Positions 39,821 to 53,391 of a stretch of 64,000 nucleotides of DNA are shown in pieces. Positions within the stretch are counted from its first letter, which is position 1. Each line of letters opens with the position of its first letter. Position numbers and translations under genes: made by a program. This stretch comes from Octopus vulgaris (Eukaryota). The notes beneath the pieces were generated by a model that saw only the letters and a program-made list of their open reading frames with translations, had not been told where the DNA came from and did not search any database. Where the stretch lies: the NCBI GenBank assembly GCA_951406725.2, contig OX597824.1, positions 3,410,001-3,474,000 of the forward strand, read 5' to 3'.

Positions 39821-39946
39821 CTGCTCGGCTATCTTCGATGATGTGATTTCCCGGGTTCGATTGAATCACCATCGACAGCTCCATGACTGATTGGATTCTA
39901 CAAACATCAGCGATTCTCTTCAGAAGCTTTGAAAACCGTTTTGGAA
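39821..39946 (-). CDS. Candidate 126-nt symmetric (phase 1-1) coding exon, product unidentified
   Basis: Polypyrimidine tract plus AG at 39948-39947, donor CAG|GTATGC at 39820, and an open frame PKRFSKLLKRIADVCRIQSVMELSMVIQSNPGNHIIEDSRA. Confidence 0.35.
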
Positions 39947-41052
39947 CTCGAATTACAAGAGAGACGGAAGGATAGGTAAAAAGAGAGGTAAAACAGCCAG
40001 ATTAATTAGCAGCTAATTGGATTGACAGACGAATGGATGAATAGATTATATTATGAATCTATAAGGTACGTGTACGCAGATGGAGATATATAAGGTTCAT
40101 GTATATATACACAGATATACAGTCAACAAGATAAACAGACACGTAAATAGATAAATTACGAGAGAGAGAAATGGTAGAACCAGTGCGCGAACACGCAGCT
40201 ACAGACATACCTCAACTGATATAAGGAATATACATACGTAGAGCTGTACATATATATACTCGTACTTAATCATACATACACACGCGGACAGCACGGATTT
40301 ACAAAACTATTTCACAAGAGAATGTTTCCTTCTAAGAAACGGTAAGAACAATTCCAGCCTTTTTCCTTTCCTTTTTAATTTGGTTTTGTTGATATTTTCT
40401 CTCCCCGAACCACCCCGAATTCCATCCAACGAGCATTGCAAGAAAAAGATGAGTTGTTTATGAGATTTTCTCGCGCATGTGACATATGCGAGTGTATATA
40501 TGTATGTGTGAACGGAACTCAGGTGTGTATATAGAAAATGGTTTGCGTTGCTGTGGCAGATATTACGTCTGTGTAAATTCTATGAAATTAACTCGATTAC
40601 GTAGATGTGTATTGAATACAAATGTAAAGAAAGGGGAACCACCTTTTCGATCTTGTTTTTTTTTATTATGTTTCTTTTTTTCTGTATATCTGTGGATTAT
40701 TTATAAACAGAATCTGTGTGTATAAGATGTTATTAACAGAGTCGACGAAGACCATCACTATTTAACTCAGATTCCCCCGTTTCACAGTGTGTCTCTGTTC
40801 CCCTACTGGACAAAACAGGTGTGTATTTGATCGGAAGCTATGTAGACTTATATGCACCACGTACGATATATATATATATATAACTCTATAAACATATATA
40901 TGCGTATATACACAACTCTATAAAAATATGTGTATACATATACACGCACATACATACATATACATGTATGCGTCACGTACATACGTGTGTGTAATACAAA
41001 ACGGCAGACACAGGTGTGAACAAGAATGAAGTACTCAATATAAAAAATGTTG

Positions 41053-41093
<41 letters not shown>

Positions 41094-41243
41094 TATATAT
41101 GTGTGTGTGTGTATACAGAATGAAATGAAACCAAGTCTTGTAGAAGCTCGCTAGTCCTAAACCCATCCACACAAACAATATTACAAGCATTTGGAGTGGT
41201 TTGGCTGTTCGACCCGAGTCGTAGGTAATGGTAACATGCATCG

Positions 41244-41294
<51 letters not shown>

Positions 41295-41296
<2 letters not shown>

Positions 41297-41490
41297 AGAG
41301 TTTACGAAAAAAACAAAAGACGAAGACAGGTGGTGTACAAAACAAACAGATGTATTAGTTTAACGCTCAGGAATAGAAAAAGTCTTTTACGTTTCGAGCC
41401 TACGCTCTTCTACAGAAAGGGACACAGAAAAAAAAAAAAAAAAAAAACAAGGAGAGAGAAAATTGTGTGTAGTAGCTAACAATCTATCAT
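41295..41490 (-). mobile_element. Penelope-like terminal fragment in (TA)n with a hammerhead-like motif (41382-41423)
   Basis: Inverted homolog of 60820-61000, flanked by (TA)n on both sides. Confidence 0.65.
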
Positions 41491-42679
41491 ATATATATAT
41501 ATATATATGAAAACTTCACGTATCGTTACTCCAAGTTTTCTCGACCTAAGATCGAAAATGATAAACTCCGAGTAAACGAATTGTGAAGTTTTCAGCTTCT
41601 AATAAAACCCGATATATGTAATGAGCCAACATTTTTTGAGGGGGCGGGGTACGTACATTATCATTGCATACATTTGTTGGTACGGTGAAGTAAATAGCGA
41701 CTGTGTTGTGTTGGTTTGGTTGACTAATCACACACCGCCGCCCTCACCCGGTCACCTTCGCTAGGCCAGGCTAATCCTTTCAAGTTAAAAACTGTCTTAG
41801 AAAATGAGGACACATCCATTTCTCAATGGACTCAACCTGGGAATCGACGGGATGGTCACGGTTGGAATATCTGTTCGACCAAAACTGAGCTGGGGGAGGG
41901 GGCCAAACAACAAACTGAGAATATCTATGTGGTTAATCGGTTTGCTAGAAACGGCAAACAAATTCTGCCGAGTCACACCTTAGAAAAGAAGGGCGTGTTA
42001 ATGCGCTTGTCAATATGTTTGTCAATGGACACTGTACATACGAATAGACGGGATGGTCACAGATGGACTATCTGCTCGAACAAGACTGAGCTGGGGCCAA
42101 ACAACAAAGGAACTGTTCGAGCGGGAGCTAAAGAATGAAGCAGGAACCTTCATGAGCATCGCTACGAAGTATCGGTCTGAGAGTGACCGTGTGTGTGTGT
42201 CGTTTGTAAAAAAAACATAAATCCGAAAGAAGAGGTACACTCCAAGATGTAGAGCAGTTTAATATTAATATATTTATTTATGATATCAGCCAAATCACAA
42301 CTCTGCAATCTTAGAAAAGGTAACCAATTAAAGAATAATTTATTTTACTGCTTCTTCTGGCTGAGACCCTTTTTTTAGTGAAATGTGTTGTCTGATGATT
42401 TAATAATATTTTATGAAAAACATGTTCCTTAATTTCGAGTTGTTGATTAGGTAGCGTACGCTTTGTAGCTTTTGGTGGTCACGCTGGTTTGACTAAGCGG
42501 TTTACATCACTATTGCTTCGATTAGGGCCTAAGGGAGGATAAGTAATATATATATATCGCTTGGGGCTCGGAAAATTCGTGGTAACTCATGAAATGTAAA
42601 ACTGTTCGCATTTATTGAAGACATACTTTGTCGTGCTTTGGGTCATCGTGTCCTGGTGGAGTGATAGGGGTACTAGCAT

Positions 42680-42821
42680 AACTAGCGGGGAGCAGTAGGG
42701 GCAGTTCTCCACGGGCGGCACCACTTTGGGTCTACTGTACACAATATGTGTTTTTTGTGGGATCCGAGGGTGACAAATGGAAGGGCCGCCCCGGGCGGCA
42801 CACACTCTAGCTTCGTTAGTG
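42680..42821. mobile_element. GC-rich MITE of the 4155 family; related decayed elements at about 43165-43315 and 44225-44390
   Basis: gaagggccgccccgggcggcacacactctagct is the near reverse complement of 4164-4197. Confidence 0.7.
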
Positions 42822-42921
42822 GATAGGGGTACGTTGAGACATGCGACTTGTCTCGGTCATCGAAGAACTGGTGGACTCCAGGCCTGACCACAACTAACTT
42901 CTTTCGGAAGGAATCAATCAC

Positions 42922-42967
<46 letters not shown>

Positions 42968-43923
42968 CGACCCCACTCTGGGATTGATATTTTAGTTATC
43001 GCCCGCAAAAGATGAAAGTTACCATTGCAAGCTACTGCAAACGGTGATCGGCGGTCTTTGAGAACACCTGTCACTTTCTCATGGAGAAGGAAGAAAGCAA
43101 AGAAATGAGTTTTGCCTCAATCCATTGCTTACTCTTTTCCATCCCCATAGAATAAGGACAGTAAATTGCTGAGGAGGGCGAGGGGGCAGTCTGCTTCGGT
43201 CGATGCTTTTATGGATGGGGCACTTTTGGGTCTACGGTATAAGCTTGCATAGGCTTGGGAGTGGGGGGGGGGAGGTAGAGGACTGCTTCGGGTGGTACCC
43301 AGACTGACTACACTGACCAGAGATCGGAGACGAATGTAAAAATTTCCCAAGTTGACTTGGGTGGGATTTGAAACCCTGAGCGTCCTCCGCTTTACCGAAA
43401 ACCAGCATTCATACTTTGTTACACTGAATAGGCTGCACAATCAGGTCCGGTCTGCTCCGTGTTAGGCCCCGATCGTCTACCGTGTTGTAGCTTCTATAAA
43501 ATGCACCATGAAGTTCCTGGTATTGGTCATATGTCTGTGAATTCTTACGTCAGACATTTTATCGGAATACAACATAGAAATCATACAAACGAAAGAACTT
43601 CTACACTGCCAGGTAGTTTGCTAGAAACAGCAGCCAGATACTGCCAAGTCATATCCTACTGTTTTGTTTGTTTCTTTTTAAAGGTAAGGGCGCTTTGGTT
43701 AATGTGATCCGAAATATGTGATGGCCATGATTGGAATCGTCGTCGTCATCGTCGTGTCCGCTTTTGCAGTGTCTCGATGACACTAGAGAAAGTCTTCTAG
43801 ATTAAATTCGTTCTGATTTTCTCTGTGTTTTCTTGGCAGAGAAAAAATCTGGGTGGTTTGCCATTGCCTTCACGGACAGAATTGCCATTAGCCCACAAGG
43901 AGCTCATCCGCCCTTCTGGAATA

Positions 43924-44157
43924 CCTATTTCTTTACTACCCACAAGGGGCTAAACATAGAGGGGACACACAAAGACAGACAAACGGATTATGTCGATTAC
44001 ATCGACCCCAGTGCGTAACTGGTACTTAATTTATCGATCCCGAAAGGATGAAAGGCAAAGTCGACCTCGGCGGAATTTGAATTCAGAACGTAACGGCAGA
44101 CGAAATACTGCTAAGCATTTCGCCCGGCGTGCTAACGATTCTGCCAGGTCGCCGCCC
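43924..44157 (-). mobile_element. SINE family A with a 19-bp flanking direct repeat
   Basis: ccgcccttctggaatacct at 43908 and 44152. Confidence 0.92.
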
Positions 44158-45687
44158 TTCTGGAATACCTTTGATTATCAGCGCTCTGCTGCTTGATCAG
44201 GGCTGACCTGGGATAAACAACACGCCTAGGCGCGGTCCCAGGAATTTTTCGAAGGGAGAGCACAAGATCAGAAAAGAATACTATTCCAGGAGAAAAGAGG
44301 ATAACAAACATTATCTAGAAGAGCGCACTTCCTTTCTTGAGGAGGGCACGCGTCCCTCAGCGCCCGTCGCCCCTTGGGTTCGCCATGATGCTAGACTAGT
44401 AGTTTCCACCGGCCTCTTGTAAAATGTTGAAGTTTCTTCTTGGGGTTATTATAGAAGTACGAACAAAAAAGGGCGATAGAATGACGGACTCAGTGGGTGG
44501 GATGGAATCCACTACGGACGTAGTAACCCTTGCCGGATAGGGGTGAGGGTTACAGAAATATCAAAATCTGTCGGGGAATTACATATTTTTGTCGGAGTTT
44601 TAGAATACCAATCATGGGGAAGGAATGTGCCCTTTTCCTTCCTTCACGGGAAAAGAAAAGGGCACTAATCGGGAGGGGGTGGGGAATGTTAAAATATGAC
44701 ATTTTCGAAATAAATAATAATAAATTCTTCGGAATAAATTTCTCGTTATATAAAACAGAAGAATACAAAACAAAAAAAAAAAACCAAACAAATGCTGTTG
44801 GTTGCGTTTTTGCTCCGCTCTGAGGTTGTAACAGCTGGCTTTTCCCGGACTTCTCTCCATTGTTCAACACGTGGCATTTGAAATACATTCAAGAGGTGGG
44901 AATTGAGTCGCTAACGAAGGTTTTTATTTTTTTTTATTTTCTTTTGTTGGATATCCCATCGGACAGAGGTCACCAAAATGTTGCAAGAGGTCCCCAGCAC
45001 TTCCAATGCTTCGGTTTCGTGGTCGCCGGCAGCAACACCGACAGTTTTTTTTTTTCCGGTTTCCTCGAAATTTCTTAGAGGAAGACACCGATCTCTGGCA
45101 GTGCTAGAAATAACCGAACGAACGTGTATGTCCCTTTATTTTATTTACATTTTTCCCTTTTTTCACTTTTATGTTTTTTAAAATCATTTTTAGTGTTTAC
45201 CGTTATTAATTGTAATTACTAAAATTGTTTAATTAATCTAACGAACAATTTCAAACTCATTTCCTGAATTGCAGTCAAATGTCTCCACAGCTGGTTGCAA
45301 ACCAACGAACCGCGGAATTTACTGAATGGTTCGCTGAACGAAAATTTACCTTGAATTTTTTTAGTAGTGGGGCTTGCCTGTTAACGAGTGATGTCTTATG
45401 CGGCCCTCTCCTCGAAAAGGGTTGTCCATACCTGCGTTAGAGCATCGGGTAAAATGTCTTTGCGTTCCGAGTTCAAACTCCGCCGAGGTCAATTTCATTT
45501 TTCCTTAACTCGGGATAAAATCAATCACCAGTCAAGTGCTGGGATCGATCGGATCGGTTATTCCCTCGTGCCTAAACCAGAAGCGGATGTGCTGCCAAGT
45601 CATACATTACTGCTAATAGACACGAGGATCTTCATTGTGTTTGCTCGACCTGCTAGAAATAGCAACCAACTCTACTTTCAACTGGTA

Positions 45688-45948
45688 CCCAGGCGCGTAG
45701 CTTGGTGGTTAGGTTATTGGACTCACAATCGTAGTAATGTGGTTTCAATTCCCATACCGGGCGGTGCGCTGTGTTCTTGAGTAGAACGTTTCATTTTATG
45801 ATGCTCCAGTCCACAGCTGAGGGACTTTAACCACGCAAAAGACTGGCGTCCTATTCAGGGCCAAAGCTGTACTCTAAACGGATGCGTACACCCTTTGAAA
45901 GACTGGAAAAGGTCCGACCTGATGAGTCTCAAAAGGCTCGTGACAAAC
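45688..45948 (+). mobile_element. tRNA-headed SINE with a V-domain-like body
   Basis: Head ggcgcgtagcttggtggttagg...gtttcaattccc, then gactggcgtcctattcaggg...cctgatgagtc...ggctcgt. Confidence 0.6.
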
Positions 45949-47007
45949 CTAAGATGTAAGAACACATTGGATAATATATCGCTAAATACCTGGTTAAAAA
46001 AGAAAAGAAAAAACCCCGGAAATATTGGGTTCTCGTGACTGGAATCCTTTTGATCATATCAAGATTCACAACTAATACCTTTCCAAAGATCGCCGATACT
46101 TCTTCTGGCTTTTTACGTTCTGAGTTCAAATCCCGCCGTGGTTAACTTTATCTCCCCCACCACCACCATTCCCCGTCTCCGGGTCGATAAATTAGAGTAC
46201 CAGTGGAGCTTCGATTAAATTCCTCCCTAACAACACTTTGGATCTAATTAAGAAACCATCATCAAGACGGAGAGCTGGCAGAATGGTTAGCACACCGGAT
46301 AAAACAGCGGCAATTTGTCCGTCCTCACGTTATGAGTTCAAATTCTGTCCAGATCGACTTTACTTTTCATCCTTCTGGGATCGATGTACCAGTTGAACAC
46401 TGGGGTCGATGTTTCCTTAAGTTTCACCACCGTCATCCAAATGAAGTAAGAATGGCACTTCCATTACTACAGATTCTTTTGCTTTCTGCTTTTTTCTCGT
46501 TTATTTTAGTTTTCTTTGTTGTCAAGAAATTGGTTTCTGGTGAAATCTACTGGAATTTTACGAAATGAAGCGTCTTCTCTTTCATAGACTGCAACACTCC
46601 TGCGTCTCTTATAATACTATTTCCTTTGCGATGTCGTTCTTCTATTTAACCTGCTCCCACTATCCCAGTCTATTCATTGCGCTTCGCACAAGAACAACAA
46701 CAACAACACGTGTGTTTAACTGTAAATATCGATTTCGTCATACTCTAAGCACAAGGCCTCGAATTTGGCAGAGAAAAAGAGAAGGAACCATAAGTCTTCA
46801 ATTATAATTTCCATTCGCATTTCAAATGCTTTCTGGGAATATTAAACTAACACTAGCTCCGTCGTGGATAGCCAAGTCAAATTCCTTGGTAATTTATATA
46901 TTTTAACATTTTACGGTATCAAGTACCACGAAACTCACAGAATGCAAATAACTGTTCCCATTGATATATTCTATTAGACAGCTCACTGTTACACACACAC
47001 ACACCAT

Positions 47008-47731
47008 GGTATAACTACATTTCGTCTGCCGCTACGTTCTGAGTTCAAATTCCGCCGAGGTCGACTTTGCCTTTCATATTTTCGGGGTCGATTAAATAAG
47101 TACCAGTTGCGCACTGGAGTCGATATAATCAACTTAATCCGTTTGTCTGTCCTTGTTTGTCCCCTCTGTGTGTAGCCCCTTGTAGATAGTAAAGAAATAG
47201 GTATAACTACAGATTAGGGCCCCGATTCCCTCTCCATCAACTTTGTTTTTCCATAATTTACCTTTTAAAAATGCGTGTTTTTAAGTAAAATCTCGAAGAG
47301 ATATATTTTTGAGGCTGTGAATTATAATTATGTTAATAAAATTCAGTAAAAGAAACCGAGAGGAGTAGTTTCGGTTCACTTTTCGTCGCCTCCGCCTAGA
47401 CTTTGTTATAACTAATATCTGAGACTGTTTTAGTATTTTCCACATTTTGTCTCTGATTTATAGATTTGAAACTGTGACATCACGTAACCTACAGTCTCGA
47501 GAAGGTATTTCCTCAAAGTGGCATTAAAAAAAATATGCATTTTAAAGAGACCTATGAGAAAACAATGTCAGGCGCGAAGGAGAATCGTCCGAAACTCAAT
47601 TTTTTGTTCAAGCCAATCGTAATGTAGAGCCTCAAAAAAGTATCTGCGAAATTTCGTTAAAATAACTGTAAGAAAATACTTAGAAATTTGGAGAAACAAA
47701 GTCGGGTGAGGCGCCAAACTATAGTTATACC
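47008..47731. mobile_element. TIR DNA element (MITE) with a 5'-truncated family A SINE inserted in its left TIR
   Basis: TIRs ggtataactacagattagggcc and ggcgccaaactatagttatacc. The SINE at 47020-47199 has TSD ggtataactaca (47008, 47200). Confidence 0.8.
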
Positions 47732-48084
47732 GCTACTACTTTTGTCTGGTGTACGATATAATTTTAAACAGTAACGGACCCCGAATAAGTATAATGAATG
47801 TGACCCCGCTATCTCCTCAATCAATACTGGACCCAGTACTTGATTGTGGCTTTATCTCCAGTTCAGTAGATTCTTTTAAATCCTAACGAAATGAGTTATT
47901 ATTGATTTTGGTAAAAGAATTGTCACTTAGAGACGCGGAATTTCGTTGTGGCTCTTTACGTTCTGAGTTCAAATACCGCCGAAGTCAGCATTGCTTTTTG
48001 TGCTTTTGTGGTCGATAAAATAAAGTACCGGTCAAGTAACGATATCCCAAATTTCTGCTCTTGTACGTGATTTAGAAACTGTTA

Positions 48085-49487
48085 AAGGGCGGTGGAATGA
48101 CAGAATCGATTGGGCGGTGGAATGACAGAATCGATAGGGCGGTGGAATGACAGAATCGATAGGGCTGTGGAATAACAGAATCGATAGGGCGGTGGAATGA
48201 CAGAATCGATAGGGCTGTGGAATGACAGAATCGAAAGGGCAGTGGAATGACAGAATCGATAGGGCAGTGGAATGACAGAATGGATAGGGCTGTGGAATGA
48301 CAGAATCGATAAGTTGGTGAATGACAGAATCGATAGGGTGGTGGAATGACAGAATCGAAAGGGCTGTGGAATGACAGAATCGATAGGGCAGTGGAATGAC
48401 AGAATCGATAGGGCGGTGGAATGACAGAATCGATAGGGCAGTGGAATGACAGAATCGATAGGGCAGTGGAATGACAGAATCGATAGGGCGGTGGAATGAC
48501 AGAATCGATAAGTTGGTGAATGACAGAATCGATAGGGTGGTGGAATGACAGAATCGAAAGGGCTGTGGAATGACAGAATCGATAGGGCAGTGGAATGACA
48601 GAATCGATAGGGCGGTGGAATGACAGAATCGATAGGGCAGGGGAATGACAGAATCGAAAGGGCTGTGGAATGACAGAATCAATAGGGCGGTGGAATGATA
48701 GAATCGATAGGGCAGTGGAATTACAGAATCGAAAGGGCTGTGGAATGACAGAATGGATAGGGTGGTGGAATGACAGAATCGATTGGGCAGTGGAATGACA
48801 GAATCGAAAGGGCTGTGGAATGACAGAATGGATAGGGCGGTGGAATGACAGAATGGATAGGGCAGTGGAATGACAGAATCGAAAGGGCGGTGGAATGACA
48901 GAATGGATAGGGCGGTGGAATGACAGAATCGATAGGGCGGTGGAATGACAGAATCGATAGGGCAGTGGAATAACAGAATCGATAGGGCAGGGGAATGACA
49001 GAATCGAAAGGGCTGTGGAATGACAGAATCAATAGGGCGGTGGAATGATAGAATCGATAGGGCAGTGGAATTACAGAATCGAAAGGGCTGTGGAATGACA
49101 GAATGGATAGGGTGGTGGAATGATAGAATCGATAGGGCAGTGGAATTACAGAATCGATAGGGCAGGGGAATGACAGAATCGATAGGGCGGTGGAATGACA
49201 GAATCGATAGGGCGGTGGAATGACAGAATCGATAGGGCTGTGGAATGACAGAATGGATAGGGCTGTGGAATGATAGAATCGATAGGGCAGTGGAATTACA
49301 GAATCGAAAGGGCTGTGGAATGACAGAATGGATAGGGTGGTGGAATGATAGAATCGATAGGGCAGTGGAATGACAGAATCGATAGGGCTGTGGAATGACA
49401 GAATGGATAGGGCGGTGGAATGACAGAATGGATAGGGCAGTGGAATGACAGAATCGATAAGGTGGTGGAATGACAGAATCGATAGAG
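48085..49487. repeat. 25-bp minisatellite, about 56 copies, with higher-order duplications
   Basis: Unit gatagggc(g/a/t)gtggaatgacagaatc, head-to-tail with no spacers. Confidence 0.97.
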
Positions 49488-50101
49488 CGTGGAAAAATAC
49501 TTTTGTGGTATTTCTTTCAGTTCTTTACGTTCTGAGTTCGAATCCCTTTCGAGATCGATCAACTAAAGTATTAGTCAATTACTGAGGTGGAGGGTATCGA
49601 CTAACGTTAACATCCACCCCTCAAAACTGCGAGCGTTGAGTCTAAATTAGAAACAATTATTTGGAGCAGAGGTGGCGGGAAAATATATTTTGTGGTGTTT
49701 AGTTAAGGCTTTCTCCGTTCTGAGTTCAAATTCGGCCGAGATCAACCTCCCCTTTTAATCCACGGGGTTGAGTTTGTGGTCTCGTTAGAAACGTTAGAGG
49801 CGGTAATAATCATCACCAAGGATCATTAGAGCGTCTGGCAAAATGCCTTGCGCGATTCTTTCCGACTCTTTACATTCTGAGTTCAAATCCCGCAGCGGTC
49901 AACTTAGCCTTTCATCCTTTTGGGGTCGATAAAAGAAAGTACAAGAAAGTTGATGGTATCTTCTAACACCTAACCCGATCAACTACTGATTCGCCTTGTA
50001 TCTTAGCGGAAGTTATTGTATGGCTGTTTCCTGTATTCTTCTGATAATAAATGTCAAGGGAAGAAGAAAAGAAAAACAAGAAAAACGAACATTGAGGGAC
50101 A

Positions 50102-50173
<72 letters not shown>

Positions 50174-50291
50174 ACGTGTGAGATTGAAAGAGAGGTCGTG
50201 TACTACAAAAACGAAATAGAACTCATCTACTTAATTCAATAAGCTTCTAACCAACCATTATTTTGTTGTTGGTACCTGTTTCTGTTATTTG

Positions 50292-50365
<74 letters not shown>

Positions 50366-50670
50366 GTCTGTCTGTCTGTCTTCACTTTTTTTATAACCTC
50401 CTTGAAGAATTTATTGTTTCTTGGCAAAACTTTTGTATCTTGTCTGATCTTGTTTCTTTGCTTATGTCAAGGAGACAATTGTCACACAAAAGCACAGGTT
50501 AATGACGTCTTTAAACGTGCACAAATTGTGTATGTGTGTATAGATAGACAGATAGATAGGTAGACGGATAGATAGGTAGACAGATAGATAGGTAGACAGA
50601 TAGATAGATAGACAGATAGGTAGATAGATAGATAGATAGAGAGATAGTTTGAAAGATAGATAGATAGATA
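50292..50670. repeat. (CTAT)n and (GATA/GACA)n tracts
   Basis: Directly visible at 50292-50380 and 50540-50670. Confidence 0.95.
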
Positions 50671-51029
50671 TTAATGTTAGTTTTATGTCAAATTATATGT
50701 GGAAGCGTTTTTACATTAAACTAAACCTTTTGGTAAAGTACATATTTATGGATCTAAAAGTTTGTGTACGAGTGTGTGTGTGTTAATGTTTTTTTTTTAT
50801 GTTGAATTATCTATAAAAACAATTCGACATTCAACTATTTAGTAGAGAACATGTTCATTGACCTTTAGAAAGAAAAGGTTGATAGGGACTTCGAAGTTTC
50901 ATCATACTTGTCAAGCTATCTGTCACCTTATTTTTTCCTTATATAAGTTAATGTGTATGCAAGTATACAAACACACACACACATGTATGCTCTGCCTGCT
51001 GGAAATAGCAACCAAATCTCCAAGTCCCC

Positions 51030-51455
51030 GAAATGCTTAGCAGTGTTTCGTCTATCTTAATGTTCTGAGTTCAAATTCGGCCAAAGTCGACTTTGCCTTT
51101 CATCTTTTCGGTTTCATTAAATTTGGTACCTATTTCTTTACTACCCACAAGGGGCTAAACACAGAGGGGACAATCAAGGACAGACAAACGGATTAAGTCA
51201 ATTACATCGACCCCAGTGCGTAACTGGTACTTAATTTATCAACCCCGAAAGGATGAAAGGCAAAGTTGACCTCGGCGGAATTTGAACTCAGAACGTAACC
51301 GCAGACGAAATACCACAAAGCATTTCGCACGGCGTGCTAACGTTTCTACCAGCTCACTGCCTTCAATTAAATTAAGTACTAGTTGCATACTGGGGTCGAT
51401 CTAATCGACTAGGGCCCCTCCTCCAAAATTTTGGCCTTGTACTAGAGTAGAAAAG
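51030..51455. mobile_element. Family A SINE (-, 51129-51362) nested in an older related SINE (+)
   Basis: The host is split at attaaatt(t/a)(g/a)gtac, which appears on both sides of the insert. Confidence 0.85.
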
Positions 51456-53358
51456 AATAATAGTCCCAGAATAACATTATAATTGAAAATTAAAAAAGAA
51501 AATCCATATGTGTTGGTCATGGCTTGATTGTCTGTGGTAGGAGTAGTCTGTCAGTAAACTGATTACTTTGTATTGAATAGCAGTTTGTTGGTGGTGAGAG
51601 TTTTAAGAGGGTGGTGGGTGTATTGGCTGAAGGGGAGGAGTAGAGAAATATAGGTATTCCTTTCAGCTGGTGATTCAAAATAATGAATCCTAATTTTGCC
51701 TCCTGAAAGAATTCCGAGTCAGGGAAGCCATGGGGTGAAACACCATTTTGGAAACAAACCCTACTATATTGTGTGTGTGCGTGTGTGAGTATATTCTTGT
51801 TTTTGACAATAAGGATTCAGTTATTTGATCAACTGAATTACCTGCTCCTGAATAAACCTGTAAGTGGCTGAGTATTCCACAGACATGTGTGCCCAGTTCT
51901 GCCAATCTCTTCTATTCACCTTGTGTCTTCAGGTTCCACCCAGTCACCTCATCATCGCTATTTCCAGCTCGTTCCAGCTTAACCCCAGCCACTCCCTCCC
52001 TTTCTTCTAGAATGTTATCTACCCATTTAGCCCCTCTACTGCAAGAAACCTAATCTGTTCCAGTCCCTCTTCTACTTTAATCCCTTATCTCTAGCATAAA
52101 ACCACCTCCCTCTCCACTGTCGCCCCCACTCAGTCAAAAACGATCTTGGTCTTGCAGGCTGCATGGTAACCTCACTCATGCTGGTGCTACAAAAAAGCAC
52201 CCATGCCATAAAGTGGCTGGCATTGGAATGAGCACTCAGTTGGCCTTTAGAGATTGAAATATTATCTTGGCACTTTATTCTGTCGGCCCTCAAAGATGAC
52301 ATGTTGATTTAACCTGTGTACATTTGGATATGTCATCATCATTGTTTAACGTCCGTTTTCCGTGCTAGCATGGGTTGGACGGTTCATCCGGGGTCTGGGA
52401 AGCCAGGAGGCTGCACCAGGCTCCAGTCTGATCTGGCAGTGTTTCTACAGCTGGATGCCCTTCCTAACACCAACCACTCCGTGAGTGTAGTGGGTGCGTT
52501 TTACGTGCCACCGGCACAGGTGCCAGCAGCCATGATCAGTTGGTGCTTTTTATGTGCCACCAGCACAGGTATCACAGCTACAATTTCCATTTAATATTTA
52601 TTTTGGTGTTGATCTACTTGACTCAATAGGTCTCCTCAAGCATGTGTGTATAACATTGTCGTCTTCAGTAATGCTTCTGTCTCCTGTTTCTGACCCTGTC
52701 AAGATAAGGTGAATAGAGATTGTATCAAGATGATGATGATGAATAAATGACTGCCATATAATTAGACCCAAGTGCCATTATTTTAACCAGCTCTACTGAC
52801 TTATCTCCATTTTACATTGGCTTGTTAGACACAGTAAATTAATTAAATGGTGGCAATTTCCTTTATATCTGATATTGATTGGACTATTAAATGGCTGCCA
52901 GGTTTGTTAGCGCCATGTTACCAATTGTAGGCTTTGATTCTAGGATTCTTGTAGTACAGGCCTCAGTAGCCATATCCCACGTGTGTATAGCCACATCATC
53001 ATCATCATCATCATTTAACGTCCGTTTTCCATGCTAGCATGGGTTGGACGGTTTGACTGAGGTCTGGCGAACCAGACTCCAATCTGATCTGGCAGAGTTT
53101 CTACAGCTGGATGCCATTCCTAATGCCAACCACTCTGAGAGTGTAGTGAGTGCTTTTATTTGCTACCGGCATGAGGGCCAGTTTGGTGGTACTGGCAACA
53201 GCCACGCCCAAATGGTGCTTTTTATGTGCCACCTGCACAGGAGCCAGTCCAGCGGCACTGGTGACGACCTCGCTCGAATGTTTCACGGGCCACCAGCACA
53301 AGTGCTAGTAAGGTGACGCGTTCGCATATGCATAGACACACACAAATATATATGTATA

Positions 53359-53391
<33 letters not shown>

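Noticed and set aside
43495-43540. TATAAA followed by signal-peptide-like MKFLVLVICL
   Set aside because: The ATG is too close to the TATA, a stop follows ten codons, and only a weak donor is available.
45915-45945. Hammerhead at ctgatgagtctcaaaaggctcgtga
   Set aside because: The stem is followed by GTGA rather than GAAA, and it is part of a SINE body. Other ctgatga hits (642, 7833, 12273, 32386, 55134, 57675) lack stem II plus GAAA.
48032-48682. 216-aa and related repetitive ORFs over the minisatellite
   Set aside because: The 25-bp period cycles through frames, so these are by-products of a stop-poor repeat.
48085-49487. CRISPR array
   Set aside because: Units are contiguous with no unique spacers, there are no cas genes, and the context is eukaryotic. 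The same applies to the 31-bp and 34-bp arrays.
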